Assembly: GCA_963771045.1 (NCBI GenBank)
Contig: CAVYRW010000004.1
Coordinates: forward strand, 1,408,001-1,472,000
Source of the DNA: Waddliaceae bacterium
Lineage (GTDB): Bacteria; Chlamydiota; Chlamydiia; Chlamydiales; SLFE01
Direction: 5' to 3'
DNA: 64,000 nucleotides
The position numbers and the translations under genes were made by a program. Positions 30,601-40,276 of this stretch are shown piece by piece (positions within the stretch are counted from its first letter, which is position 1; each line of letters starts with the position of its first letter). The notes below the pieces were generated by a model. It was not told where the DNA came from. It saw nothing but the letters and a program-made list of their open reading frames with translations, and searched no databases.

Positions 30601-31371
30601 CGATAATTTCGACGACAGCGAAACGTGGGACACTCCCGCCTCCCCCGCAAGCCGGGCAATAGCCTCTTCACCGGCAAGATTTTTATAGGAATTGATTAGG
30701 CAAACGGCGATCGCATCCACCCCTCTGTTTTTAATCGCTTTCAAAGAGGCAAGACATTTTTCTTCATTCAAGGCCGCCCTCTCTTCAACTTCAACCACTT
30801 CAGTGTAGAGAGGCCGGTTTTTGACGATATTTAAATCAAACAGATTTAGGCGGGCTTGATTGCCGATTTCAATCAGATCTCCAAATCCTTCTGTCACAAA
30901 AAAAGCGACCTTTGCTCCGTTTCTTTCCAGCAGAGCATTGGTTCCCCGCGTTGTGCCGAGGCGCAAGTTCAGGCTGCCTAGCTTTTCATCTGCCGAGAGC
31001 CCCAGAATTTTCCGAATGCAAATAATGGGCGCCTCTTCACAAGAGCTTAAAATATAGCGGGTGTTTTCCGGCGGGGAGGCCGCCGGTTTTTCCAGTAGGA
31101 GAGAGTCCTCATGCGAGCAGAGGACATCAAGGGACTCCAGAAGATCTCCTTCATCGCTTAAAAATGTCAGTCTATAGCCTCGGAAAAAATTTTCGGGAAA
31201 CTCTTTAAGGACAGAATCAACAAGCCGCTCGCTTGTCGAGGATTGATCCGCCTTTCCCTTAAAAACCCCGGAACTCAAAATTTTGCAGGTATGAAACGAG
31301 CCGCCCGGCGACCGCGCGATGCAATCGGTAAACGTCCCCCCTACATCGATCCAAAAGTCCCATGTCTTCAT
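27634..31371 (-). CDS. ATP-dependent 5-oxoprolinase (hydantoinase A/B fusion)
   Basis: IDVGGTFTD, SGPAGG, DMGGTSTDV, NVKERLDFSCA, HTHMTNTRITDPE, TPGGGG. Confidence 0.92.
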   Translation of the reverse strand: MKTWDFWIDVGGTFTDCIARSPGGSFHTCKILSSGVFKGKADQSSTSERLVDSVLKEFPENFFRGYRLTFLSDEGDLLESLDVLCSHEDSLLLEKPAASPPENTRYILSSCEEAPIICIRKILGLSADEKLGSLNLRLGTTRGTNALLERNGAKVAFFVTEGFGDLIEIGNQARLNLFDLNIVKNRPLYTEVVEVEERAALNEEKCLASLKAIKNRGVDAIAVCLINSYKNLAGEEAIARLAGEAGVSHVSLSSKLSPMIKALDRAETAVVDAYLSPVLNDYIQSIHQKIPSCGFKMMTSAGGLTDAHKFVGKDSLLSGPAGGVVGFVHVAREAGFDKCIGFDMGGTSTDVSRFDGHYEYQFSLKKAGVRISSPMYAIETVAAGGGSICRFDGQKLSVGPESAGADPGPACYGRGGPLTMTDINLFNGKIDEKRFPFPLDAKAAKRELENIADKIKKETGQDLSLKEITQGFTDVANHSMASAIKTISSAKGYDPADYALVSFGGAGSQHASALASALGMKTVLHHPFAGILSAFGIGMADVKRFAETSVLQPFTKGSLKDLEETFAGFERKLKKEVAAEGVAPDCIEQPIRMLDLRYCGEDSVITVRGNNYEKFLSDFKRLHLQLYGHELSGRAVEIAACRVEVIGKTEKFSFPVSDKNGFSPKPRQTKICIFFSKEYETPLYERTDLSFGTEITGPAIISEPFSTIVVDPGWKAKVARRGDLVLTCDEYLGNVDRSTRKDPIRLELFSNQFTHIATQMGAVLQKSSLSTNVKERLDFSCAILDRKGNLVVNAPHIPIHLGAMGESVKSLMKDVQDIKPGDVYLSNDPRKGGSHLPDLTVMTPVFIEDDLCFFTASRAHHAEIGGAAPGSFYPFASSLKEEGVVFQNLRLVRGGHFDEETLYRHLTEAPYPSRAPDENIADIRAQIAANHIGERDLKEMIETHSWDVVGSYMDYLCEMAEDKTRKAISLLADGCYRFDDCLDGGSAICVAITIKGSEMDVDFSGSSPEHPGCLNANYSIVRSVVLYCLRCLIQEEIPLNSGVMAPVKLIIPRGLLNPEKDVAVSGGNVEVSQRVVDVVFGALGVAAASQGTMNNVVFGNDSFSYYETIGGGAGAGPGFNGASAVHTHMTNTRITDPEVMEQRYPVLIRRFQVRRGSGGSGRTSGGDGIIREIEFLEPVECTLLTQRRAKAPFGLKGGNPAEKGKNLLKRKSGTVEELPSLAQVSIEAGDILEIHTPGGGGYESQ

Positions 31372-32321
31372 TTGATTTTAAGAACGATCTTGCCCCGGGT
31401 GTGCCCTTTGCGATTTTTTTCCAAAGCCTCCGCGGCATCCTCCAGAGAAAATTCGGTGATTTTGGGCGCCTTCAAATGGCCTTGGTCAAAAAGCTCGGTA
31501 ATTTTAGCCAGCTGCTCGCCATTCGGACGGACAAAAACAAATCCGGCGCGTATGCCGTGCTCCTGTCCCACAGAGTCTTCGATAAAAAGCTTGCAGATCG
31601 TGACAAGCCAGCCTCCTTTTTTTACCAAAGGGAGGCTTTCGTTGAAAACTTCTTCGCCCACGCAATCGAGAACGACATCAAACCCTTTCGGTTCATGTTT
31701 TTTCTGCACCTCGGCAATATCTTCTGTGTGGTAGTCAATCGCCGCATCGGCTCCAAGTCCCTTGACATATTGATGATTTCCGCTGCTGGCAGTTGTGTAT
31801 ATTTTGGCTCCGGCCCATCTGGCCAGCTGAATTGCCATACTCCCGACGCCTCCTGCTCCGGCATGGATCAAAATCGACTGCCCCTTGGTCAGTTTCGCCA
31901 GATCAAACAGAGCCTGCCAGGCCGTCAGAGCTACAAGAGGGATGCCCGCGGCTTCTGCAAAGCTTAAATGTTTGGGCATCATAGCGACATGATCGGCATT
32001 TGCAGCGACGTATTCGGCATAAGTTCCCCGCTTGACGACAGATTTTCGGCAGTAAGAGTACACCTCGTCGCCCGGCTTGAAATTCTTCACTCCTTGGCCA
32101 ACCTCGGAGACCGTCCCTGAAATATCCCATCCCATAATGGCGGGAAATTCCGTCTTCACCCGTTTCTGCAGCCACCCTTCCCGGATTTTCCAGTCAACCG
32201 GATTCAATCCCGCATAGACCCCCGCGATGAGTACCTCGCCTTTTTCAGGTTTCGGGTTCGGCATATCGGCTATGCGCATTTTTTCCTTGCCGCCAAACTC
32301 GTCAAAAACCACAGCTTTCAT
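31368..32321 (-). CDS. NADP-dependent oxidoreductase (MDR, quinone reductase-like)
   Basis: LNPVDWKIREG, GTYAEY, HAGAGGVGS, GKIVL. Confidence 0.88.
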   Translation of the reverse strand: MKAVVFDEFGGKEKMRIADMPNPKPEKGEVLIAGVYAGLNPVDWKIREGWLQKRVKTEFPAIMGWDISGTVSEVGQGVKNFKPGDEVYSYCRKSVVKRGTYAEYVAANADHVAMMPKHLSFAEAAGIPLVALTAWQALFDLAKLTKGQSILIHAGAGGVGSMAIQLARWAGAKIYTTASSGNHQYVKGLGADAAIDYHTEDIAEVQKKHEPKGFDVVLDCVGEEVFNESLPLVKKGGWLVTICKLFIEDSVGQEHGIRAGFVFVRPNGEQLAKITELFDQGHLKAPKITEFSLEDAAEALEKNRKGHTRGKIVLKIK

Positions 32322-32331
32322 GTTTTTCCTC

Positions 32332-33111
32332 CTACTTATGAAACCAGGGAATAATCATACTGGTCGTTCTCTGGTATTCGCGGTAATTTTCCCCTTTTGA
32401 AGCCAGAAGCTGCTTTTCTGTCGGGGGAACCCCTGTCACACCCAGGGTAAAAAAAGCGATCAAAAGCGGCGAGAATAATCCTACATAGCCATAAGGGGCT
32501 GTCATGGCGAAAAAGGAAAAGCCGATCCAGGTGATAATCTCAAAAAAGTAGTTGGGATGCCGTGAGTAGCGCCAAAGTCCCAGTCTGCACACTTCAGTCG
32601 AATCCTCACTTTTATCGCGAAATTGTTTAAGCGACCAGTCGGCCCAGCTTTCCCCAAAGATGCCGAGAGCGACTAAAACAATTGCCGCAATATCCCAGCC
32701 GCTGAAGGGGGCGGTATTGAGCATCCCGATAGCAAAAGCAAACGACACAACAGCTGTCGCCACTCCCTGGAACATATAATAAATAAAATAATTGCGCGCC
32801 AAATTATCGGCCCAGATTTGATTCAGGTACTGATATCGTTTATCTTCCATCGCCGTCCGGACCCGAAAGAATAAATGAACGACCAAACGAGCGCTCCAAA
32901 TTACAGCGGCGGCCACAAGAACAATCTGCCTGATTCCAATTTCATCGGTGTAATAGAAATAACTCAAGCACAAAATCCCCAAACCGGCAGCCCAGCCAAT
33001 ATCCGCAAGAGACGGCTCATCCATAAGACGATAGACCCCGTAAAGGATTCCCATTACGATCAGCATAAAAACCAGTCCGAAACCAAGATAAGCAAAAACT
33101 TCCCAGTACAT
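32332..33111 (-). CDS. DUF1295 (steroid 5-alpha-reductase-like) membrane protein
   Basis: EDKRY, GLWRYSRHPNYFFE, YREYQRTTS. Confidence 0.88.
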   Translation of the reverse strand: MYWEVFAYLGFGLVFMLIVMGILYGVYRLMDEPSLADIGWAAGLGILCLSYFYYTDEIGIRQIVLVAAAVIWSARLVVHLFFRVRTAMEDKRYQYLNQIWADNLARNYFIYYMFQGVATAVVSFAFAIGMLNTAPFSGWDIAAIVLVALGIFGESWADWSLKQFRDKSEDSTEVCRLGLWRYSRHPNYFFEIITWIGFSFFAMTAPYGYVGLFSPLLIAFFTLGVTGVPPTEKQLLASKGENYREYQRTTSMIIPWFHK

Positions 33112-33182
33112 AGACGCTCCTTTCCAATCTTTCTATAGCAAGATTGCCGAATAAATACTAATTTTTTATTATTCAGTTCTCT

Positions 33183-34142
33183 ATGAATAAAAAAAAAAGC
33201 CCAGTTCTTAAAAAAAATCCATGGGGGCCAGGTATGTCAGATTGTTTCCTGCGCCGCAAGGCTGGGCCTTGCCGACCTTCTCAAAAATGGCCCCAAATCT
33301 CTCAAAGAGCTTTCACAAAAGCTGACAATTCCAGAAGACCGCCTGCTTCGCCTTATTTCAGCCCTCATCGTCCTTTTTCTCCTTGAAAAAGTCGGCAGCA
33401 CCTACCGCCTCACGGAAGAAGGGAGCTATCTGGTTAGCGACGCCGAGGACTCGCTTCACGCCATCGCCGCCTATAAAGGCTCTCCTTTTGTGTGGAGATC
33501 ATTAGAAAAACTGGCAGAAGGATTAAAAACGGGCCGCTCCCCTTTCGAGCTTGCCTACGACACCGATCAATTCACCTATTTACATCAAAATCCCGAAGAG
33601 ATGACTCTTTTTCAAAACGCTATGGCCAGCTACGAGAAACAAAGCAGCACAAAAATCGTCGATCTCTATGATTTCACATCGATAAAATCGGTTCTCGATG
33701 TTGGCGGAGGCACGGGCAGTTTTCTCAAGACGCTTATCGCCAAAAATCCGCACTTAAAGGGAGCTGTATTCGACCTTCCCTCTGTTAGGGCCGATCAGCA
33801 GACCTCTTTTATTGCCGGCAACTTTTTTGAAGAGATTCCCTCCGGCTACGGAGCCTATATTCTCCGCAATATTCTGCACGACTGGCCGGATGAAAAATGC
33901 CTGAAAATTCTCGAAAACCTCCGCTTCACTCCAAAAATTCTCATCTTTGAAACCCTCTTCGACCCCTCCCATGAAAAACGCCTGGGAAAATTCTCCGACC
34001 TGTCGATGTTCACCCTAACGCCGGGGGTAAAGAGAGAACACTCGAAGAGTTCGAAGTTCTCATTCAACCGGCCGGCTTAACAATCCAAAACATCTACCGC
34101 TCCACAAGCTCCAAATCCCTCATTGAATGTGGAACAAATTAA
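33183..34142 (+). CDS. SAM-dependent O-methyltransferase (dimerisation + Methyltransf_2), two homopolymer frameshifts
   Basis: LGLADLL, DVGGGTG, FDLP, GNFF, ILHDWPD; frame restored by A10->A9 at 33189-33198 and G5->G6 at 34023-34027 (PGGKERT). Confidence 0.85.
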
Positions 34143-34196
34143 ATCTTGTCAGAATAGGCCATCTCTATTAATTATTTTATTTTGGAGGTGGTCTTT

Positions 34197-35558
34197 ATGT
34201 TTTGTTCTTTATTCAATCAATTCGAATATCCTAAAAAAAGCCGGCTTGTCAATTTTGCCGACGTGGTATTGTCGCCATTGCGGCATATGTTTCACGGAAA
34301 AACGATCGAATGCTATCATCTCAGCGAAGACACAGCAACTTTTGTAGAATCGCGCCCCTTCAGGAGTCCATGGATGCAGACTCTCGGAAAAGTCGCAGCT
34401 TTCGCAGGAGCTCTTCTAAGCAGCCCCCTTATTATTCCTTCATTAATTGTCAAAAAAACGAATCAACAAGACGGCGTCATTGCCAAAAGATACTGCCGCC
34501 ATTCCTCAACAGATAATTTTTGGAAAGCTCCGCTTCTCAGCAATGATCCAATCACGAGTCTGACAGCAAAAATTTTTCTGAAGCTGACAGGATTTGATTC
34601 TCTGACCACATCCATGCAGATTCATGGAGACGAAATCCTTCGCAAGCTCGCTCCCGGAAACTACGAAGGAGGCCACTTTCTGCCGGTTTCAGAAATGATG
34701 CTCAAAAAAGTGAAGCTTCTGGCAGGTCATATTGATTCCGAGGTTTCCACAGCCTGCCAAAAAGCCGAAAAGTCTCTTAAAAACCTATTTGACATGTCGA
34801 AAAAAATGGCCCCGATCACCCTCTCCCATATATTTTCTATCAAATACCTGCTAAACCCTAAAAAAAGAGTGCAGGATCTTGCAGAAGACGTCGCCGATGT
34901 ACTCAAACATTTAGACATTGGCGGCTCGTTTATGATTCCCCTCAATTTCTACACATCGACTCAAGGCTTCCGCCATATCACAACAACAATCAAGCGCCTT
35001 GATAACGACGAGTATGAATGGCATATTTTCCGGGCCGACACCGGATGCGAAGAAAAAAATAAGACAGCGGGTCAATGCAAGGTCGCTGACATAATCCTTT
35101 CAGGTCTGACGCGCAGCCAAATCACCAAAAAAAAATTTCTGGGAAAAATACTCGGCTACGGAACAGCCCGCAAGCCGGATCAAGGAGAGAGGTTTTTTAA
35201 ATTTCTCAGAAAGTATGCCGGAAAATACGATAATGTCGCTATCAGCGAGGGCAAGACAACAAAAAAACTCCCTGCCTCAGACACCTTGTCGCTCAAAACA
35301 TTAAAATTTGCCTTAAAAGAGCTTATGGGAACGATCCCCTATAAAAAAGCGATGTTTCTCCTAAAACTGGACGATCTTTCCGCCCTCAAGGAAAAAATCG
35401 AAAAAGAACGGATCGCCGGCGTCAAACAAATGAAACACGCGAAAAAACTTCTTCGTCACGCCGAAGAAAAACTAAAAAAAAGGTACGAAAAAATCAAGAA
35501 TATGATCCCAAAATTTAGTCTAAGCGAAAAACAGCTTGCCTTTATCAAAAAATGGTAG
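34197..35558 (+). CDS. Hypothetical protein with hydrophobic N-terminal module and degenerate protease-like core
   Basis: GGAGG RBS; N-terminus resembles that of 45858..46775; HITTTIKR..ADTG weakly resembles the core of 35965..38181. Confidence 0.65.
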   Translation: MFCSLFNQFEYPKKSRLVNFADVVLSPLRHMFHGKTIECYHLSEDTATFVESRPFRSPWMQTLGKVAAFAGALLSSPLIIPSLIVKKTNQQDGVIAKRYCRHSSTDNFWKAPLLSNDPITSLTAKIFLKLTGFDSLTTSMQIHGDEILRKLAPGNYEGGHFLPVSEMMLKKVKLLAGHIDSEVSTACQKAEKSLKNLFDMSKKMAPITLSHIFSIKYLLNPKKRVQDLAEDVADVLKHLDIGGSFMIPLNFYTSTQGFRHITTTIKRLDNDEYEWHIFRADTGCEEKNKTAGQCKVADIILSGLTRSQITKKKFLGKILGYGTARKPDQGERFFKFLRKYAGKYDNVAISEGKTTKKLPASDTLSLKTLKFALKELMGTIPYKKAMFLLKLDDLSALKEKIEKERIAGVKQMKHAKKLLRHAEEKLKKRYEKIKNMIPKFSLSEKQLAFIKKW

Positions 35559-35658
35559 GACCTCATTCATTCTATGAGATTATGACACGGGAAAGCAGCG
35601 GCAAAATAGCCCCTCCCCGACCCACTCGCTATCACAATATAAAACAAATTTTTCTGAA

Positions 35659-35943
35659 TTGTACGACAAAGTCAAGCAAACTTGGAAAGAGGCGACAGAT
35701 AAACAACTGTTGATCAAATGCGAACAAGAATTCAATCAACTTTGCCGTATCCATAAAATAACTCCTACAGACCGGAAAGATCTCTTATCGGTTAGTCAAC
35801 GAATTCACAAAAAAGACATGGCTTTTTGTGAAATGGCAAAGTTAATTTACAAAGAAGGTTCCATTATCCCCTCAAATAATTCTCTTGTAGAAGCCAAGAG
35901 ATGGAGAGAGTTCATTTCAAAAGGGCAGCTCCATTTTTGGTAA
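35659..35943 (+). CDS. Small hypothetical protein or gene fragment
   Basis: 94-codon ORF filling the gap; TTG start. Confidence 0.35.
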   Translation: MYDKVKQTWKEATDKQLLIKCEQEFNQLCRIHKITPTDRKDLLSVSQRIHKKDMAFCEMAKLIYKEGSIIPSNNSLVEAKRWREFISKGQLHFW

Positions 35944-35964
35944 AAGGAAAACAACAAATTCATG

Positions 35965-38181
35965 TTAGCTTGCCGGCTGCTCAAAATCTGCAATAAATTG
36001 AGCAATCTTATCTTTCCCTGCCATTTGAAAGGCTGTTTTAATTCTCTTAATATAACGCTGGCCGAAAAAGTTGTATTTTGCGAGTTCTTCGAGGAGAAAT
36101 GACAAAGCTTGCTTTTTTTCAGACTGATAATTCTGAACCAGCCAATTGATGCCCCATTCAGAATGCGCTGTCGCAATTATAATATTCAGGAGTTCAGCAG
36201 CAAGCCGGGGCCAGTCTTTGTCTAAAACCGAATTTTTAACATTTCCCTTCATATTGCCAATGATTTGCCTCTGATGCTCATATTTGGCTAAAGCCAAAGT
36301 CAGATAAGGCTCAGAATGGGGGGCTTCATACTGTATCTCAAGCCAGCATTTGGCTATAGCTCCTTGAGCCTCACGCAATACATGATAACGGACAAACTGA
36401 GATTCTTTCGGCAATGACTCAAGATGATCGGCAAGATCAGTTCGTTCCAATTCAATCAATAGCTGCTTTAATTGCTTCCAGGCTTTTGAATATGTTTTTT
36501 CATCTTGCGCCATATTGACCAAAGCGATATCAGCTTCTAACTTTTTCATTTTAGTTATTGAAGCCCTCGTGATCACTTCATCTGCTTCCTCAAGCCACTT
36601 TTTTCCTGCGCGGGATAACATTTTGCTTTTCACAAGTTTATAAAGAGCATAGCCTTTTTCCGGGTTTTCTATTTCATTTTCCATAATTTGATGTCTTAAA
36701 AAAGCCATCAAACATTGCGCTGTACATGTACCTGTTGCCTGCTTTTGCTCATAATCAAAGCGATTTCCTGTAGGATCTTTTTTTACACCTTTTTCTGCCA
36801 GTTGATGGATGATTTGATAAATCTTGCCTATATTTGCGGATTCTGGAACTTCCTGAAAAAGAGTTTCCCATTTTTCAGATTGAAGAAGGGATTCTTTGGG
36901 AATATGATCAAAAATTAAAAAAGTCTGAAAGCGGTTTGTTTCTTCCCACTGATAATGCCAATTAGGGACTCCTCTTCCGGTATTGTATTGAATCAGTCTT
37001 AAATCTTCTTCCGATGTTTTTTCAATAATGAGACACATTTGATGTACCTGTGACCTTAAAGGAACAAGGATTTTTTTACCTATTTGCAGATTTTCTATGT
37101 CAAACAAAATTTCCTTAATGGCAAATGTACTATAATTATTTCTGATTGCACAGTCCCATATCATACATTGTCTGATTAAAGGAATCACATCTTCTTGTAA
37201 TTTTATATTTAAGTATGATGGTACTAACGAAGATTGTTTAATCGACTCGATAGCTCTAATCAGATTCTCTCCGGTAAAAATCATCTCAAATCCTTTATAG
37301 GCCGCCCTTGTTGGAATCATCATTTTATCGAGAAGAAAATGAAGAGCATGTTTACTATTTAAATTTACAGAAAATTCCTTTGCAATCAAACCTCTCAATA
37401 CATCGAATTCCTTTAGGGTTAAACACATATTTATTAACCTGCTCTTATTTGTACCTTGGAGGATAACCCATTGATCCCGAGGTGTAGTTTTTAATTTTTG
37501 AATAAGCGGCTGATAAGCTTCAATCAAATCATAAGATCTCACTGCCAGAATTTGTTTTTCAACCTGTTGATCAAAGAAAGATAGATAGGGTAATTTTTTT
37601 TCATTCAGCTTCTTTAAATATCTTCTTACTAGCGGCTCATTGAACAAAATCCTTTGGGGTAAATATTCATTTTTAAATGTTTCAAACCACCTTGAGAAAA
37701 GATTGACAGATTCTTTAGCAAACTGCTTTTCAAGCGATTGATTAAACGATGGCCTTTCTTTTCCGACCAATGATATGAGATGCTCACGCTGGTTATCGCA
37801 GCAGAAAACAAGACCGGTTTTGATCAAATAGGAATATATCCGAGAATCGTCTTCTCCTTGAAAATTTCTGTTATACATATGCTCAGTCAAATTTTGCAGA
37901 GCCCTGTGATATTCGGATGTCATCTCTTTTGGAACATCAAAATAGCGTATTGCTTGGAAGAATAACCGATCAATTGTTTGATGAAGCTTTCCCAGGTATT
38001 TTATACTCTCATTTGCTTGACTGAAAGCTTCTAACAGAGGGTGTATGTCTTTCTGACTTGGTTTAGAGGCAAGATATTTGCTAAATTCTTCCTCGATCTT
38101 ATCAACGTTATCTTCACTAAAATTCTTCAGTCGAAAACTTAAAGAATTCAAATTACATGAACTAGTATTGTTTATATTCAT
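35965..38181 (-). CDS. 738-aa protein with candidate Cys-protease (His/Asn/Gln-Cys, CE-clan-like) domain
   Basis: HQMCLIIEK...QYNTGRG...QKQATGTCTAQC; Asn/Ser-rich N-terminus. Confidence 0.6.
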   Translation of the reverse strand: MNINNTSSCNLNSLSFRLKNFSEDNVDKIEEEFSKYLASKPSQKDIHPLLEAFSQANESIKYLGKLHQTIDRLFFQAIRYFDVPKEMTSEYHRALQNLTEHMYNRNFQGEDDSRIYSYLIKTGLVFCCDNQREHLISLVGKERPSFNQSLEKQFAKESVNLFSRWFETFKNEYLPQRILFNEPLVRRYLKKLNEKKLPYLSFFDQQVEKQILAVRSYDLIEAYQPLIQKLKTTPRDQWVILQGTNKSRLINMCLTLKEFDVLRGLIAKEFSVNLNSKHALHFLLDKMMIPTRAAYKGFEMIFTGENLIRAIESIKQSSLVPSYLNIKLQEDVIPLIRQCMIWDCAIRNNYSTFAIKEILFDIENLQIGKKILVPLRSQVHQMCLIIEKTSEEDLRLIQYNTGRGVPNWHYQWEETNRFQTFLIFDHIPKESLLQSEKWETLFQEVPESANIGKIYQIIHQLAEKGVKKDPTGNRFDYEQKQATGTCTAQCLMAFLRHQIMENEIENPEKGYALYKLVKSKMLSRAGKKWLEEADEVITRASITKMKKLEADIALVNMAQDEKTYSKAWKQLKQLLIELERTDLADHLESLPKESQFVRYHVLREAQGAIAKCWLEIQYEAPHSEPYLTLALAKYEHQRQIIGNMKGNVKNSVLDKDWPRLAAELLNIIIATAHSEWGINWLVQNYQSEKKQALSFLLEELAKYNFFGQRYIKRIKTAFQMAGKDKIAQFIADFEQPAS

Positions 38182-38244
38182 ATTTTATATAATTTATTAT
38201 TAATGCTAATATAACGAATATTATATTAAAAATAAAGCTTTTTT

Positions 38245-39021
38245 TTAATTTAACAAACGTTCTAGATTGTCATCGATAAAGATTCCGCATGCTACAAGCA
38301 CAACATTGACTGTGGTTCGAGGTAAAAGGCCTGCGTATAAAGTCCGGGTTTTTTGTTTGAAGGGCTCTTGCTTAAGCCTTCTCCAAATTCCCCTGATTGT
38401 GCATGAACGATCTACCTGTAGATTAATGCGAAGTACTTGAAGAGGCTGTGTTGCTATGCAAGTGCCGAAGCCCGTAGCCAAACTGCTGAATAACATTGCT
38501 AAAGAAGAGTCTACTCCTTTATTGGATATCTTCCGCTGCAACACTGCTCCCCACGTCAGCACTCCGCCGACTGCAATACAGTCGCGCCCCAGCGTAGGAA
38601 GGAATCCCCTATAGAGCCCTCGGAAGCCGTCATGGCGAATGATTTCTCTGAATAAGGAAAGATTCCCTTTTCCTGTTTTATTATCTAAGGCGGCAACCCG
38701 CTCGCCCGGACAAACTGCGACGACCGACGCACCCCCGGAAATAAGTCCAATCGCTACTTCCGTACCATCAGATTGCTTCCATTTCCATCTTTCAAACCCA
38801 TTCCGAAGAGCCCCTTTACTAAGATGAGCTACACACATAAACCCGAAGTAGCTGAAAAAATTCGCAGAGGCGCCCCGCCATATATCCTGAAGACGAAATG
38901 GCATATTTTCTACTCTGCAATACTGCCAATGCAAAAGGGGATTAGTTGCAAAGGTCGCGCTTATTGCACTCATTGCTCCTTGAAAGAAGTCTCTTGAGGT
39001 GCCGGTGAATGATGGATCCAT
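38245..39021 (-). CDS. Mitochondrial carrier (SLC25/Solcar) family protein
   Basis: Three repeats: NPLLHW..IWRG, CPGERV..GFRGLYRGFLPTLGRD, QPLQVLR..LYAGLLPR. Confidence 0.8.
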   Translation of the reverse strand: MDPSFTGTSRDFFQGAMSAISATFATNPLLHWQYCRVENMPFRLQDIWRGASANFFSYFGFMCVAHLSKGALRNGFERWKWKQSDGTEVAIGLISGGASVVAVCPGERVAALDNKTGKGNLSLFREIIRHDGFRGLYRGFLPTLGRDCIAVGGVLTWGAVLQRKISNKGVDSSLAMLFSSLATGFGTCIATQPLQVLRINLQVDRSCTIRGIWRRLKQEPFKQKTRTLYAGLLPRTTVNVVLVACGIFIDDNLERLLN

Positions 39022-39076
39022 AGTTTTCCGTTGTTTTTATTTAAGCTCAAAAAAATTAGCTAAAGCGATTCCTTAA

Positions 39077-40273
39077 CTACAGCCCGATTTTCACTCCACT
39101 GCTTGTATAGCGGGCTTTTTGAAGAGCCCCTTCAAGAGTCTCTCCCAGTGCAAGAGCCACACCCATTCTCCTCTCCCCATCCACCTCGGGTTTTCCAAAA
39201 AGCCTAATCTCCGTTCCTTCTTGAGAAAGCGCTTCCTTAAGGTTGTTGAAACTGACATTTTTTGAATTTCCTCGGGCTAAAATCACAGATGACGCAGCAG
39301 GTCCCAGTTGCCTGATTTTGGGAATAGGCAGCCCCAAAATCGCTCTGGCGTGAAGGGCGAACTGAGAAAGATTTTGAGAAATCATGGTCACCATGCCTGT
39401 ATCGTGAGGCCTTGGCGACACTTCATTAAATAGAACGTCTTCGCCTTTAATGAAAAGCTCCACGCCGAAAATGCCCATCCCTCCTAAAGCTGAAGTGATC
39501 GTTTCGGCCATCGACTTTGCTTTTTCAAGAACCCTCTGAGGCATGGGATGCGGCTGCCATGACTGCCTGTAATCCCCATTCTCCTGCAGATGGCCGATGG
39601 GCTCGCAAAATGACGTGGCAATGTTTTCGCCGGAACCGGCATACCGCACGGTCAGCAAAGTGATTTCATAGTCAAAGTCAATGAAGCCCTCGACGATCAC
39701 TTTGTCCGCTTTGCCGCGCGCGCTTGTGCGGGCGGATTCCCAAGCTTCCTCAGCGTCATTCCTGTCTTTAATAAAAGACTGCCCCTTTCCTGAAGAGCTC
39801 ATCATCGGTTTCACCACGCAGGGAAAACCGATGCTGTTCACCGCTTTCAAATAGTCTTCTTGAGACGACACAATTTTGTAAGGCGTTGTGGGCAGCCCCA
39901 ATTCCTCGGCGGCAAGCCGCCGAATCCACTCCCGATTCATCGCGATGCTGACAGCTTTTGCCGTTGGAGTGACCCGAAAGCCCCTTTCTTCCAATTTGAT
40001 GAGCGCCTCAACAGCGATAGCCTCGATTTCAGGAATGATTAGATCGGGCTGCTCTTCTTCGATTAATTGCATTAAGGCCTTTTCATCGAGCATGGATACC
40101 GTGCGGGATCGATGCGCCACCTGCATCGCGGGAGCATTGGGGTATCGGTCGACAGCGACAACCTCGACGCCCAATCTTTGCAGTTCGATGACAAGCTCCT
40201 TTCCAAGCTCTCCGGCTCCCAGAATCAGAGCCGTTGTGGCATTTGACGACAAAGGCGTTCCGATAGCAGGCAT
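39077..40273 (-). CDS. purT: Formate-dependent phosphoribosylglycinamide formyltransferase
   Basis: [47 protein letters not shown]. Confidence 0.95.
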   Translation of the reverse strand: MPAIGTPLSSNATTALILGAGELGKELVIELQRLGVEVVAVDRYPNAPAMQVAHRSRTVSMLDEKALMQLIEEEQPDLIIPEIEAIAVEALIKLEERGFRVTPTAKAVSIAMNREWIRRLAAEELGLPTTPYKIVSSQEDYLKAVNSIGFPCVVKPMMSSSGKGQSFIKDRNDAEEAWESARTSARGKADKVIVEGFIDFDYEITLLTVRYAGSGENIATSFCEPIGHLQENGDYRQSWQPHPMPQRVLEKAKSMAETITSALGGMGIFGVELFIKGEDVLFNEVSPRPHDTGMVTMISQNLSQFALHARAILGLPIPKIRQLGPAASSVILARGNSKNVSFNNLKEALSQEGTEIRLFGKPEVDGERRMGVALALGETLEGALQKARYTSSGVKIGL

Positions 40274-40276
40274 AAA

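Noticed and set aside
31243..31967. Plus-strand ORFs of 163 and 201 aa
   Set aside because: Antisense shadows of the oxidoreductase and oxoprolinase genes
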